A DNA stretch of 64,000 nucleotides from Octopus vulgaris (Eukaryota): assembly GCA_951406725.2 (NCBI GenBank), contig OX597822.1:4340001-4404000 (forward strand). Direction: 5' to 3'. The position numbers were made by a program, and so were the translations under genes. Shown here in pieces: positions 37,525-51,782 of the stretch (position 1 is the stretch's first letter; each line of letters opens with the position of its first letter). Under the pieces are notes generated by a model. The model had not been told where the DNA came from. It saw only the letters and a program-made list of their open reading frames with translations, and made no database searches.

Positions 37525-37799
37525 CAGTGGTTTCCAAGCTTTTTCGGGCTGCGCCCCCTTGACACCCAGGCCACATTCCTACTACCCCCATCCAACTAAC
37601 CATCGCAAACATAGACCTCTTTCTAAAGCAAATTCAAGGCAACTGGATTTCACAAATAAAACTTAACTTAATGAACCCATTATTTTGTTGCTTTTATATG
37701 AATCGCTACCCCATCATCACCCCACTTTTCTTCAATGCCGCCTTGGAACTTTCCACCGCTCCAGGGGGTGGGTAATGCTGCCTACTTTGAGAACCACTT
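37525..37799. mobile_element. hAT (Charlie-type) MITE
   Basis: Ends CAGTGGTTTCCAAG / TTTGAGAACCACTT; perfect 8-bp TSD GGCTAGAT (37517-37524, 37800-37807). Confidence 0.88.
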
Positions 37800-37877
37800 G
37801 GCTAGATGGAAGAATATGGAAAGGGTACCTGATTGTTAGAGACGTTAGAATAGAAAAAGATAGATAAATAGACTGTC

Positions 37878-37970
<93 letters not shown>

Positions 37971-37983
37971 TATAGATAGATAA

Positions 37984-38018
<35 letters not shown>

Positions 38019-38039
38019 CATATATAGATAGATACTGTC

Positions 38040-38138
<99 letters not shown>

Positions 38139-38609
38139 TTGATAGATAGACAGACAGGTAGGTAGGTAGACAGACATACAGATAGATTAATTGAGAGAGA
38201 AAGAGAGAGAGAGAGACAGAGACAGCGACAGACAGATACGTAGATAGGTACTTTGGGATGGATAGGTACGAAAAGTATATATGCAGTATATGTGCCTGTG
38301 TGTGTGTGTGGAGAGAGAGAGAGAGAGGGGGGGGCGAGAGGGAGAGAGATGGAGGTAGGTTTCACAGCCTTTCCTTGTTTTCTGTTGCTGTTTCCTTGTG
38401 ACCACGAGATGGATATGTTATGTAAAACGTGTCAAAGTGTGGAAGTGAAGAGATTTTCTTGCGCAACTCACAAGCAACATGGGAAGCACAAAGACAATTT
38501 ATTCCCAGCAAAACAATGCTAAATTAATCTAAAACTGATCTAAACAACTAACTAACCACAACAGTGTACACACATGTGTATACGTGTGTATATGTATAGG
38601 TGTGTGTGA

Positions 38610-38656
<47 letters not shown>

Positions 38657-38868
38657 CACACATACATTCATGCATATACATATACACGTACATATATACA
38701 TATGAAGAATATATAAGAATGTGTGTGTATGCATATATATATATGTAATGCATATATGTCTATATATACATATGTGTATATATAAATACTCATATGTGTA
38801 CACATATATATATATATATATATATATAACTTTGATAACTTTGACATATATATATATATACATATATA

Positions 38869-38940
<72 letters not shown>

Positions 38941-39098
38941 TATATGTATGTATATATATATAGCAACCTGTAAATAGATAGCCCTGTAAGATAACAAACA
39001 ATTTCTGGAAACTATGTAAAGCTTCAGGACATAGCAATATAGATTCTTAATTAAAAACAGTTTTCTCTTATTTTTTCTTTCCTCTTACACCCTTTTAT

Positions 39099-39222
<124 letters not shown>

Positions 39223-39244
39223 TTTTTTATTCTCGATTTCTTTT

Positions 39245-39318
39245 TCCATCATCATCATCATCAACATCATCATCATCAACATCATCATCATTATCATCGT
39301 CATCATCATCATCATCAA

Positions 39319-39362
<44 letters not shown>

Positions 39363-39605
39363 ACATCATCATCATCATCGTCATCGTCGTCGTCGTCGTC
39401 ATTGTTATCATCATCTGTAACAGCATCGTCATCACGATTGTCTTCACCGTCGTCCGCATCATCGTCATCGCTGCCGTTGTCGTCTTTATCAACATCATCG
39501 TCGTCGTCGTCATCAGCAGCATCATCATCATCACCAATGTCACCATCGTCGTCTTCATCTTCGTCAATATTGTCATCATTATCATCATCTCTTTCACAAT
39601 CATCG
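39245..39605. repeat. (CAT)n/(CGT)n trinucleotide repeat
   Basis: Direct reading; explains the poly-Met and poly-Ser ORFs. Confidence 0.95.
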
Positions 39606-39794
39606 CTCCACTACTTCTTCTTTGTCTGTTATCACCTTTTTGTTAATGCCGCCAGGGCATATAATAAATACAATATAACACACACAAAGTTGTTACAAAA
39701 TATATGAGGACGAACACAACAAATCTATAGAAAAATTGGTGGAGAAAGATGTTACGTAACGCACATATGTATGTATATATATACATGTATATAT

Positions 39795-39836
<42 letters not shown>

Positions 39837-40199
39837 ATATACATGTATATATGTATATATATATGTATATATACATGTATATATATATGTATATATACAT
39901 GTATATATATGTGTATATATATATATATATATGTATGTATATATACATGTGTATATATATATATATATGTATGTATATTTACATGTATATATATATGTAT
40001 ATATACATCTGTGTGTGGGCTCATGTACACCAACACATACATGCTAATTTTTATTAAGACTTGTTAAAATGTTTTTTAATTGCACACAGTACAAAATCAT
40101 TATTACAGAAAACAATTAAAGGTATATCTGCAAAAAGAGATATAATTTAAGAAAGCACACACACAAACAAAAACAAATGATAAACTACACATGCGCACG

Positions 40200-42035
40200 A
40201 TTGAGAAACCACCAACTACGTCGGGTCAGGTTACCCCCACTATTTTAGCAACCATCCAGTCCTCATTTTAGAACTTCCTGCATCCAAGGGCACCTGCGAG
40301 GAATTTCTGCGTTGGAGAAAAGAAAAATATTAAACATCCCCTGAGAATATCTGTTTATGAGTTGACCAACCATTGGTGTGATCTTCAGCAATCTTCTATC
40401 GTTTGGATCGCTTTTGAAGTCCTTCACCATTTTTCTCCTTCTCGAACGCCGTAAGGTCGCCATTATTGCGCTTCAGAACGCACACCGTTGATTCCAGGCC
40501 CGCTTGGCTTATTTTCTGGCTCGTAAACCTCAGGTCGAGCCACGGATAGCAGTGCCTTTTTCTTTTTTTTTTGTGGGGGTGGGTGGTCATTGGCTTTCTT
40601 CTGTAATTTCCTTTTTTCTTTCTTGTTTTACTCTCCGCCAGAGTTTGTCTCTCCTATCCACCCTCCATATTTGCTTTTTGTCGAAAAAGGATGGAGTATT
40701 ACCAATGGAAGGGTAGGAGCATCCACATTTTGGGGTTGTTGGCCTCCGCTTCTTTTGGTCGTTGACTTCCTAATCAGTTTCCAGTTTGACGACTCTTCGA
40801 ACTGAGAATTAAATGATTTTTGCCATCGTTTCCGGATTTGGTGCCCTTAGAATACTAATCGCTATATCATGCTGTGGTTGCTGTCACTATTAGTGCTGAT
40901 ACTGCAGCCTCTGGTGTTCTCTTTTTTGTCTTTGGCTTTCCACGAGGTAGAAAAGCTTCAAGAGGCTCATACTGCCATACGTGTAGTAGCTGAGCTTTCT
41001 ATGCTGCACGAGGAGACTCGAAGCTTTTCTTTCACCACCCAATACGAGGCAGAGCTCTTGGATTTCTCTTATGGTCTTTGTGGAACATTATATACAGTAC
41101 TAGCAGTATCGCCCGGCGTTGCTCGGGTTTGTAAGGGAAATAACTATATAAGCATTTTTAGAGATGTAAAGTATAATAGCCATCTCAATATGGCTAACCA
41201 CAAAGTGGGGTGTTACTGTAGCTTTTTACGTTCTGAGATTTAATAATAAATTTTTAGAGAGTTACTTCCCTTATATATACCAAAAATGCATTAAAAATGT
41301 GAAAAATTGATGGTAAATTTTTTTTTAAATCGTAGACTCATCGTAGACGCGCGCTAATACCCAGAAGGGCTCGATATGAATCACGACTATAAGATACCAG
41401 GTTTTGGTTAAACTGCACCGCAAAATGTGGGAGTAGTTAGGAAACTAAATCGTAGGAGACAGACAGCACACAACCTCTCTTTTATATATAAAGATATCCA
41501 TTATGACTCCACCCGACAAGATAGTTTGGTTATTTTGGTGCTTGATGTCTACTCGTAATGTATCACAAAAGTAACGATGAAACAGGAGTGATCATCTTTC
41601 CACTATCCTTTACTGTAACCTTTGTGTTGCGCCACCCCGATTACTGTGGTACGAGTATCTCTAGACACTCTAGCTCAGCCTTCTTTATCGACTCATTTGG
41701 TTTAGACATTACGCCAATAATTCTGTGTATCTACCGCAGCCGATAGCGGAAATGTTACATAGACAAGGGCTGCTTGCAGCTAGATTTTCATAGGCAAGAA
41801 AGAAATCTCTGTGGCTTTCGAAATTCAGATATATATATATATATATACTGGCTTTTCTTTTTTTATTTTTTCCATAAGAGGCTGCGGTATTGGTGCACCT
41901 TCCCTTGTTACACATCTCTGCCAGGTTGACTTTTTCTCCATCAGCCATTTCATATCTAAAACCCATTTATTCGAGGTCGTTTATTTCTCAATTCGAACCT
42001 TTTATTCATTGTTTCTTTTTGTGAATCGTATGTGA
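40200..42035 (-). pseudogene. Decayed Tx1-like LINE ORF1 remnant, interrupted by a Helitron
   Basis: Removing the Helitron leaves a knuckle-like C-I-*-C-STK..DH; EESSNWKLIRK resembles DDTEDWQIATG of ORF1 at 15047-15397; similar composition. Confidence 0.5.
41100..41494 (-). mobile_element. Non-autonomous Helitron (~395 bp)
   Basis: Minus strand begins A|TCTTTATATATAAAAG and ends CCCGAGCAACGCCGGG hairpin...CTAG|T; inserted between A and T with no TSD. Confidence 0.88.
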
Positions 42036-42211
42036 GTGGCATGGCTGCTTCGGCTGTTTTGTTGTTGTTGTTGTTGTTTATAGATTTATTCCGGGATAAT
42101 TGTCCCTCATCAGAGAAAGTGTGTCGCAATTCTTCTTTGGATCTAAATCACTAGATAGAATATTGTAATTTTCACAACTTTTCTCGAGAGACATATCAGG
42201 CAACGTGATAT

Positions 42212-42712
42212 TACTCTTTACTCTTTTACTTGTTTCAGTCCGTTGACTGCGGCCATGCTGGAGCACTGCCTTTAGTCGAGCAACTCGACCCCAGGACTTA
42301 TTCTTTGTAAGCCCGGTAATTATTCTATCGGTCTCTTTTGCCGAACCGCTAAGTAACGGGGACATAGACACACCAGCATCGGTTGTCAAGCAATGCTAGG
42401 GGGACAAACACAGACACACAAACATACACACACATATATATATATATATGTATATATACATTTCAACAATTGAGGGTAAAATTAATTAATTATTAATCAA
42501 TTTCACCAAGTGTTCAGTATGCAAAGGGACATATATATACATATATACGCGGGGCTTCTTTCAGTTTCCGTCTACCAAATCCACTCACAAGGCTTTGGTG
42601 GGCCGAGGCTATAGTAGAAGACACTTGCCCAAGATGCCACACAGTGGGACTGAACCCGGAACCATGTGGTTGGTAAACAAGCTACTTACCACACAGCCAC
42701 TCCTGCGCCTAT
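42212..42712 (-). mobile_element. SINE family B
   Basis: Homologous to 2341-2820; short extra segment in the central microsatellite. Confidence 0.9.
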
Positions 42713-43308
42713 ATTGGCTGTTGTGCAAGTATATCAAGCAACGGTATTTATGTATTCATATCAAGAAACAGTATATACATACGTAATTAAACTTCACATT
42801 TAAATGAATCATATCTTCAAAAATTTAGCAGACGTTTCCAGACATTGTAAAAATTAACAATTCGATTTATAGAGCATACAAATTTAATATTTTAGAACTA
42901 TAAACAAGAAAAAATGTGTAACAATGAGAAAATATATTATTCTCTCTCTTCTATGCTATTTGAAACCGTTCCTCCAAATTGCGAAGATATTACTTTTAAG
43001 CACTTCATAATCATTTTTTTAATGGTAACACCAAGATAGACCTACCTAATCGCTCGCTAATCTGTTATTAACTTTTAAACAACGTTATCAGAATGTTGAT
43101 TAGGACTTGGAATAATCTTTATTAAAGAATGTTATTTATGGTTGAAACTTAATCGATTAATAACAGATACGGATCAAGTCGTACTAATTGTATTGATTAT
43201 CTCCTTTCGCATGCTTACAGGTCATTAATCAATAACTGTAAATATAATTATTTAAAAACTTGTGTAAATGTGTTGATTTTGAAATAGTTACACGATTGGG
43301 TAATATAC

Positions 43309-43373
<65 letters not shown>

Positions 43374-43611
43374 TATATTTGTGTGCTTATATGTGTGTAT
43401 ATATACATGTGTATATGTACATGTGTACATGTATATATGTGTGCGCGCGCATTTGTATGCATCTATTAATTATTAGTGGAGTAAATAATTTGATATCTAC
43501 ATATATATAAAATTTTCAAGTAATTATATTTCTAGTTATTTGAGTAAGGGTTTGCAAGCATGAGAAAGCAGATAATCAATGTAATTAGTACGACATGAAC
43601 TATATCTCTTA

Positions 43612-44497
43612 TTAAGAAGTGTTGTCTATTCTGTATTTTATGTAATTTGTTCTTAGTGCTTGCTCTTGGGCAGCACAGATTAGAGCCTCCGTTTCCGGTT
43701 TTAAATCACTTTTAGTCATCCACAGCCATCTTTTTTCTCTGTCTGTCTTATCTTCAACATTCCTATGAAACTGACCATGCATTCTTTTCTTTACCCACCT
43801 ATTTTCAGTTTCATTTGTTTTCAATTTCTTGTATAGTGCTTTATTTTTGCAATCTTTCATCTTACACAAGCCTGACCTTCCTACTTATAACAATAGCGGT
43901 TCTGTGGCATTTTTTACATACCATGCTATGTTGTTTTCTTCTGCTCTAATGCTGTGTTCGCATCCAATAAGTCCTCTTCCCCCTCTTTTTCTTGATACAT
44001 ACAGTCTGTCTGTGTCACGTTTTGGGTGGAGAGACCCATATCTAGTTAGCAACTTCCTCGTCTTTTTTGTCCAAGTTGTTTAATTCCCCTACTGTCCATG
44101 CGATTACACCTGCTCCATATCTAAGGAGTGAAACTGCCCAGGTGTTGATAGTGTCAATCGTATTCCGTCCGTTTAGTTTCGACTTCAGGATCAGTCTGTG
44201 CAAGTACTCCACCTCAAATTTTTCTGTCACTTCTTTCTCATTCAATTTATCCATTTCCAAAATCCCCAAGTACTTATATCTTGTCTCTTCTATCTGCTTC
44301 ATAACTGCCCCCGATGGTATCGTTAGACTGTCCATACATTTGATTTTGCCTCTCTTCAAGACTAACACACCACACTTTCTCAGTCGGAACTCCATTCTGA
44401 TATCAGCACCGTATCAACGAGAGAACTGACTTGGGCTTCATCTTTACCATAAAGTTTGAGGTCATACATGAATAACAAATGGTTGACTTTTTGCTGT
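43612..44497 (-). pseudogene. R4/Dong-like (restriction-like-endonuclease clade) non-LTR retrotransposon RT fragment
   Basis: NHLLFM(Y/D)DLKLY, MEF..KC, YKYLGILE, NTWAVSLLRY, MHGQF, ETEALICAAQEQAL; 5' end abuts (TAA)n. Confidence 0.85.
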
Positions 44498-44503
44498 CAT
44501 TAC

Positions 44504-44567
<64 letters not shown>

Positions 44568-44602
44568 ATTTTTATTATTATTAATATTTTTATTATTATT
44601 AT
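44498..44602. repeat. (TTA)n microsatellite
   Basis: Direct reading. Confidence 0.96.
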
Positions 44603-45099
44603 TTTACCTCCGCCTTAGTGAAGGCGGAGGTATTGTTTTCAGTCGTGTTCACCCACCCACCCTCCGCATATGTCAGGGCATCTGCGAAATTACTTGTGAA
44701 AATGGATCTTGTTAAATTTCTTCTAACTACTTGAAATATTTCAAATTTTCGTCAGATTTTGTTGTTTTTTTTTTAAATTTCATATAGTGATGTAACTTCT
44801 TTATAATTAATTTCTAGCAAAAAAAAAAAAATGAATGATTTTCATCAGCATGCAAAACTACACCTTAAAAATAATTTGCTGAAAATTTGAAATTCTTAAA
44901 GTTGTTGAAAGATATTTCACAAAATCCGTGAAAATATTTGTCTTCATGTTTTCAGCGTGAAATACGCTACAAGCTCTTTTCAAAATTTTACCTCCAAAAT
45001 TCTACTTCTTAATATTTAGTCTTATATTCCAACAGGATTAAATCTTTTTCATTCTAAGAAGTAGTAAGCACGAGAGGACATTTATTTAAATTCAATCCT

Positions 45100-47000
45100 A
45101 TTTTGTCGTCCAGCAAATCAACTACCCCTCCTGCTACAAAAGAATGCAACTTAACTGTAGCAAAAATCAAGACCAAAAAGATATGCCACTGTGTCAATGC
45201 AAACAACAACAGAAGTGAGACCATGACAACAATAGAACCAACCGAACTAATGCAATCATCTCCACTTGCGAAAGCAACAAGAAAAGCAACAATGATGATA
45301 TCTAAGACAGTAACATCAAGCCATCAGTTTACTCAAACTCAAAATCAGGTCCGTTGTTTGCTTGTGCAATGCAAATGTGGGTTTATTTAGCATTGAAAGA
45401 CAAATGGGGTTCTGGTCAGGCCAGAAATAATTGTGCTTCTCCGAGAAGAGCGGTAAAATAAGAACCCACACCAATAAATGCATTAGCAGAAAAAGGATAA
45501 CCTAACAACAACACAAGCAGAGAAATGCTGGGAGGATCTGTGAGAATCAGTATGACATTTGAGAAGAGGAAAGCAGTTTGGAACGGTAGAATAAGCGACA
45601 TCAGACTATGTACCACCTGAAATAAACTTTAATTATTTTAGAATGTCTTTAGATAAGTACGAAAAGAATGTTAAAATGAGGAAGACCCACACACAAAAAA
45701 GGTGGCCCAACTAAAAATAGAGGTACAGGTACTGCTCACTCAAGAAAACTAACAAAAGATTCTCGAACACATTTACCTGAAGAATGGGTATCTCGTAAGA
45801 GTTGTGGTAGAAGGTTGGAGAACCAAATGTTACTCTTGTGAAAGCACTGATCACCAGAAGGCTTTTTGTCCTTTTTGTAAAAAGAATGAAAATTGTTTTG
45901 TTTCCTACGTCGCAGCTACATCAACGACTCCAACACCAGCATCAAGGACTGCAGAAAACAAGACTCAAAATGCAGACATACACAAAAATCAGTCTTCATC
46001 TTCAACCCCTAAGTGATCGTCAGATAATAACGAGGAAAAGGATGGACCCAGGGAATAGCAAGTGATCACCAGAAAAGTCCAAAAACAAAGGATGAAAAAC
46101 CATAGCTTCATCACAAATTGTCGCTCACCAGCATGTAATTAAACAACATTAAGAACAACAAAAATAACACAACCAAAGCTCCAACAACAACCAAAACCTG
46201 CTACAATGCTGGATAACACAGCGAAACACGCAAATAGAAACCATTGTCAACTTCACCATCTTAAACAAAAACAACAGTGAGCTGAAGGACGGCCTGAAAA
46301 AACTCATTATAAAGACGAAGTAACAGAAGGGGAGGAATTTGATACATTCATCCCTCAAACGCCTAAAGGCAGATCACTAATAAAATCGTCAAAGAACATT
46401 TATCGCGCTCTCTTGAGCAATTTCCCAGGGAATCTTGAGATTATTAGCAAAAACTAATCAAGACATTAATTACAAGGGCCTTTTAAAGGACATCCGCCTA
46501 GAAAACAACATAGACCACGCCCCATTCTCGATGATGAAGGTGAGTGACATCCATCTGCTTTGACGTGGTGTAACTCTGAGTAGAATGCATAAATGTCCGT
46601 GTCAGCTGGGGTCAGCTTGAAAGTAGGGTCACTTAAATAAATAATAATAATGAAATTATTGTATACAGTGCTCAGGTGCACCACAACTTGTCAGAAAGTG
46701 CGTATAAAGTGTATGCAGTAATGTACAAATGTCTGGAAAGCGAACAATGTATGAGTTAGATACATGCTTGTGTGTGTATGGAGGGGAGAAAATCAGATGT
46801 AGTGATGGCGAATCTCAGTAAGCATGGAAGTTTTGAAGGATGCAGTGCTCCGACAACTAACTCTTAATCAACGACCTCAGATCATTAGACGTAGATGTGG
46901 TAGCCATTACCGAAACCAGCATTTCTGAAACGCACACGTTCAACTCAATTTTGGATGACTACGAGACATTGGCAATTCTTTTCCAGAAACAATTTCAATA
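45100..47000 (+). pseudogene. Decayed 5' half of a Tx1-like LINE (ORF1 zinc knuckle and start of APE)
   Basis: VVVEGWRTKCYSCESTDHQKAFC (CX2CX4HX4C); CINVR...GHLINDLRSLDVDVVAITET matches the ORF2 N-terminus at 14598 once the 46636-46862 insert is removed. Confidence 0.8.
46636..46862 (-). mobile_element. Short 3'-end retroposon fragment with (TTA)n tail inserted in the APE region
   Basis: AATAATAAT tail on the left; LVVGAL-like remnant; CTTAA duplicated at the ends; host reading frame resumes after it. Confidence 0.6.
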
Positions 47001-47120
47001 AAGTCGACCACCGCTACATGTTCGAAAAGCAGTGTTGCGTATTTGTTTCACTACCTGAGAGAGGATAAAATATATAAGAAATGTCTATTTGCTCTCTCTT
47101 TTACATTTGTGCCTACATAT

Positions 47121-47188
<68 letters not shown>

Positions 47189-47273
47189 GGGTTCAGTAAA
47201 ATAATTTACTTTACCACACACCGAACTTTTAGAAATTAATTAATAATTAATTAGTTTTACCCTTTTATTATTG

Positions 47274-47321
<48 letters not shown>

Positions 47322-48199
47322 TGTAAGAATTGTGTTTTCTCTCTTGAAGGTGTATGTGCAAGAAAGAAGAAAGAAACGGCAACAAATATGTGAGATAAGT
47401 AAGAGAAAGTTTTTAAACGGCCTAATCTCAAGATAAGGTGCCAGGTTGCAATTAAGACATCTCTGGTGAGTTTCGAAATCGAAATTTATTTATAAGGAAG
47501 ATAGCAAATGTTCAAGAACCGTCTGTTTGCATTTCGGCTCGCAAACCGCAGCGGTTGTTTCCATGTCGAGTGATTATTTTATTACAGATGCCTGCCACAT
47601 GATGAGATTAGCTGTAATATATGTCTCTAAGCGTGTGGATTATCTGCGTAAGCGGTTTAGGGCAGTGAATCTAAATCTAAACAGCGGCCATGAAGTAAAA
47701 AATGGCGTCTTCAACGAGAAGCAGGAACCAAAAAAAGAAACAACGAAAACTATTCTATCAACCTCAAAGTCTAACGGAGCACTACAGACATCAGTAAGAT
47801 CTACCGCTCTACGTTTGTCATCTAATATTTGTGATGACAAAACAATTGAAGGTATTGTGCCCTTTGAAGGAAAGAAAGGTTGTCCATATGAATCAAAACA
47901 TTACGATCATGTTCGATACGTTGTTGAAGATTATTTATTAATGATACAATAGAGAGCTCTAAGAATTTTAGAAGCAAATTTGAAAAACTTCATCAAACAC
48001 ACGTCGGTTAGTGTGATCCAGCACAGAGGCCAGATGAATAATCAGTGGCAGAAACTGATAGCATTCTTATGAACAGGTAGCATCCTTTTGCAGTTTTCCG
48101 AAAGTTACAAATAAACGTAGAGAAACAAGAAAAGCAGTTGTTTCGCTCTGACAATGATGTATAGGGAAATTAACAACGATGAACATCGTCTTAGAAGCA

Positions 48200-49950
48200 A
48201 AATGGTTTTGGTTTTTGGTTTTTTCCGGAAAGCGCAGATACAATTTATTACTTTTGCTGCAACGTTCTTCACTGTTCGAATGAGTCTTCTTTTTTTTTCT
48301 TTTTTTTTTTAGGAAAATCTGGAATTAATGACTGGAAGTATGCTCATGAATATTTGCAGTTGCATGAAAATTCCGTACATCATGTGGAATGTCTTAAGAA
48401 GTGGTTTGAGACATCACTGCGATTGCAGACTAATAAAACTATTTATAAAAAGATGATGACATGGAAAAAGAAGGAGAACATTAGTATAAAGCTTTGGAAC
48501 GTTTAATGAACACTCTGTATGAAACTGATCACAATTTACCTTTCGGAAGAACTTCAAATACATTATTTACATCGTACAATGAGATATTTTTTTTTCTTTT
48601 AGACAGTGTTGAGCAACTTGTAAAATTTACTCTGACAATGAACGTCGGGTTGTGTCTATTTCCGTCGGGTTTATGTCTAAAGAAATTCACATTTAGTATT
48701 GAGGAAAACATTTTCAGAATGAAATAATCAATTTGTTGGGAAATGCTGTTCAGGAAAATATATTAAACCGAGCTAAAGAAGACAAATATTTCATCCTTAT
48801 CTCAGACTATATGCCAGATATAAGTCATGTTGAGTAGCTTTCAGTTACAATATGATTTTAGATGTATAAATCATCTCAATAAAGAAACTTTTTGCTAGTT
48901 ATAAACCAGTTATAGATACTACAAAAGGCGAATTTTTATACGAAAGTATACTTGACTTTCTGAGAGAGATCAAGCTAGAATTCCATAACGGCAGAGGTCA
49001 CAACTACGATAATAGTTCAGATATGAAGAGGAAGAATTAATAGGTTCAGACGCAGATCATGATGGAAAATCCACGATTTTTTATGCTATCTGGTTGTTGA
49101 TAGAGTAACAAGTCACCGAATATCCACTTCATTGTTTTGGTACTGTCTGCCGGTTATGATTTATTTTCTGCCTCTCCTGAACGACAGTGTATACTGGATA
49201 AAAATTAGTAAATACCTAATTGGAAAACTATTTTTACGGGACTAGATGAAATGCAGATTAGAACATACGACAAAGCCATTAGATATGAAATTATGAGAAT
49301 ACAAGATTTTAATTTTCAGAAATGTTTGATTTTGGTCAGAAAATGCAAAATGAAGCAGAAGCTTTTGTATCGCAGATTCTAGTGATGACGAATGTCTGGT
49401 ATGTCTTAGACAGAGTAAATGTTGTCAGCAGAACTATACAGAATCCCACACGGAACTGTCAACGTCAGTTTCATAATTGAATAAAGTCACTAATTAATTC
49501 TCATGCAAGGAATGTGAAGCACCGCGAGTAATAGAAAATAAATTTCCTTCAAATGTAGATGCTGAACTGATTTCCAAGAGTAAAAGAATATATCGAAAAA
49601 AAAATCAATTTGAATATGAATCTAATGACGAAATCTGAAATGCAGATCACCCAGGCAGGAGTCTCTCGTTTTATTTTTTTTTTAATAATGTTTTCAATGT
49701 AATACTCGAGACAAGTGTGAATATTTCATGAGAGAAATTTTGAAGAGTAACAAAGATGTAATAACACATACAGATCTGTAGATAGCATTAAATGTTTGCC
49801 GTTAAAAATGATCTGAAATTAGTATATCAACGTTTGGCGGACAAGTTAAGGTACTAAGAATAGGGTTTCATGACTGAACTAGATATTCCTAAAGAACTAT
49901 TAAGAACTATTATGAAAGCTTCTTGAAAAATCCATTAGATTCCACAAAAA
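48200..49950 (+). pseudogene. Heavily decayed hAT (ZMYM1-like) transposase
   Basis: WKYAHEYLQLHENS..H..C, KYFILISDYMPDISHVE*LS, RGHNYDNSSDMK and FSASPER are typical of hAT transposases; numerous stops and frameshifts. Confidence 0.75.
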
Positions 49951-51446
49951 CAATAACTTACAGGATGTCAGGCCAAACCTGTGGTGGTATGCCTTGACCA
50001 CCAATAATTATGGCCACTAGAAGAAGTGAAATTTCAGTTAAGTGACCCCGGCTTTCGAGTTCTTCCCTAATCATTGCTATCAGATACTTTAAGTGTCCTT
50101 AGAATTGTCAATTTCATTCACTTAAATAGGAAGACCTACTAACGTTTCAAAAGTTTAAAAAACTTGAGCTCGAAGATAAACGCAGCGATGCGTCTTTCTT
50201 GAGTCGGTTTGTTGATCTGTTGGAGTCTGTTATTACATTTCTGAAAAAGGAAAAGAATATAATCCCATCAACGGGAAAATTATGAACAGAGGCAATAGTG
50301 ACGACCAGAGATGAATAGATGAAGAGAGGCTCAGTCAACTTACCAATCTCACAGCTTTCTTGGGAGGAGAAAATCAACGCAGAAACCAATACCAGTGTCG
50401 AGTTATCAGCCTCAGATAGTTATTCTGAAATGGTGGGGGAGGGGCTAGGAAAATTACAGAAATGATGTTTAGATCTCACTGTGCATTCTGTATAAGAAAG
50501 GCCGATGACTGTGTCATAATCATTATACAACTCGGTTAAAGGCCGCCTTAAGAGATTTAATGGTTCTAGGCTTCAGCCTGCCAAGGTTATAGGTAAATTC
50601 TTTACAGAATAAATGCAAGATCTGGTTCCTTACCGATATCATGAATCATCAACGAACTCACAACTTGACATCCAAAGAAAGGATAAGATGTTTCTCATCT
50701 TACACTGAAAACTTTAAACTTTCAGAATTAAATTCTAGTGGGAAAGTTTTGAAAATTCCTAATATTGAAATAAAAGACTGCAAATTAGAAGAATACAGCT
50801 ATAATTTACAAAGATTATTTCGTAATTTCCTAACCGGATTTAATGACTTGCAGAAGTTGAAGCCTTACTTCACCTTTCTTGTATATTTATTCATTGTTGG
50901 CGTGATCATTGAAGGTTATCTTACTCTCCAACACCCAGTTCAGAATTGTCTGCTGATGAAAGGGAACTGATAGATTTTACAGGAAAATTTTGGCCTAAAT
51001 GTGGTCCACAAATTGCAGGCTATAACTGTATTCTTGAAACAAGTTCTGGAAATATAATATCCTGAACTCCATTTTCCGCACGACATTCTCTAATGAAGCG
51101 TGGGAAGTCGAAACAGCGTGCACTTCCTCCAACTAAACACCTGACAGAACAACTCTGTTCAATCTTGACAATGATACATTAAACCTAAGCGGAGAATATG
51201 GACAGGTTAAAACTCCTAATAACTAAGATACAGTTCATTACGCAATTCAGACTAACAATGAACAGCCTGTGGGAGCTTGAAACAAGGAAACATATATATA
51301 CTGTTTTCAGGGCAGTTATAAATTTCCGACCACTCAGCTATTCGAACACAAACGGCCCAAGGTGTCACGCAGTGGGACTGAACCCAGAACCATGTGGTTG
51401 GTAAGCAATCTACTTACCACTCCTACGCCTATATATATATATATAT

Positions 51447-51647
51447 AACGGGAAGCTTTATGAAAATAAACAAAAGACGAAGGCAGGTGGAAAACAAACG
51501 AACAATTGTATTAGTATGGCGCTCAGGAAATATAAATAAAACAAGTCTTTAACGTTTCGAGCCTACGCTCTTCAACAGAAAGATACACAGAGAGAGAAAA
51601 ACACAGAAAGAAGGAGAGTAAAAAAATGCGTGCAGTAGCTAACGAAT

Positions 51648-51651
<4 letters not shown>
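51447..51651 (-). mobile_element. ~205-bp cassette with minimal HHR (51546-51583) within (TA)n
   Basis: Minus strand TCTTT-CTGTTGA-A-GAGC(GTAG)GCTC-GAAA-CGTT-AAAGA; flanked by TA runs. Confidence 0.72.
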
Positions 51652-51720
<69 letters not shown>

Positions 51721-51782
51721 GAATGATTTATATCCGGTAGCTTACTGGTAAAGCACGGTCACTTTCACAATGTTCGTTATAT

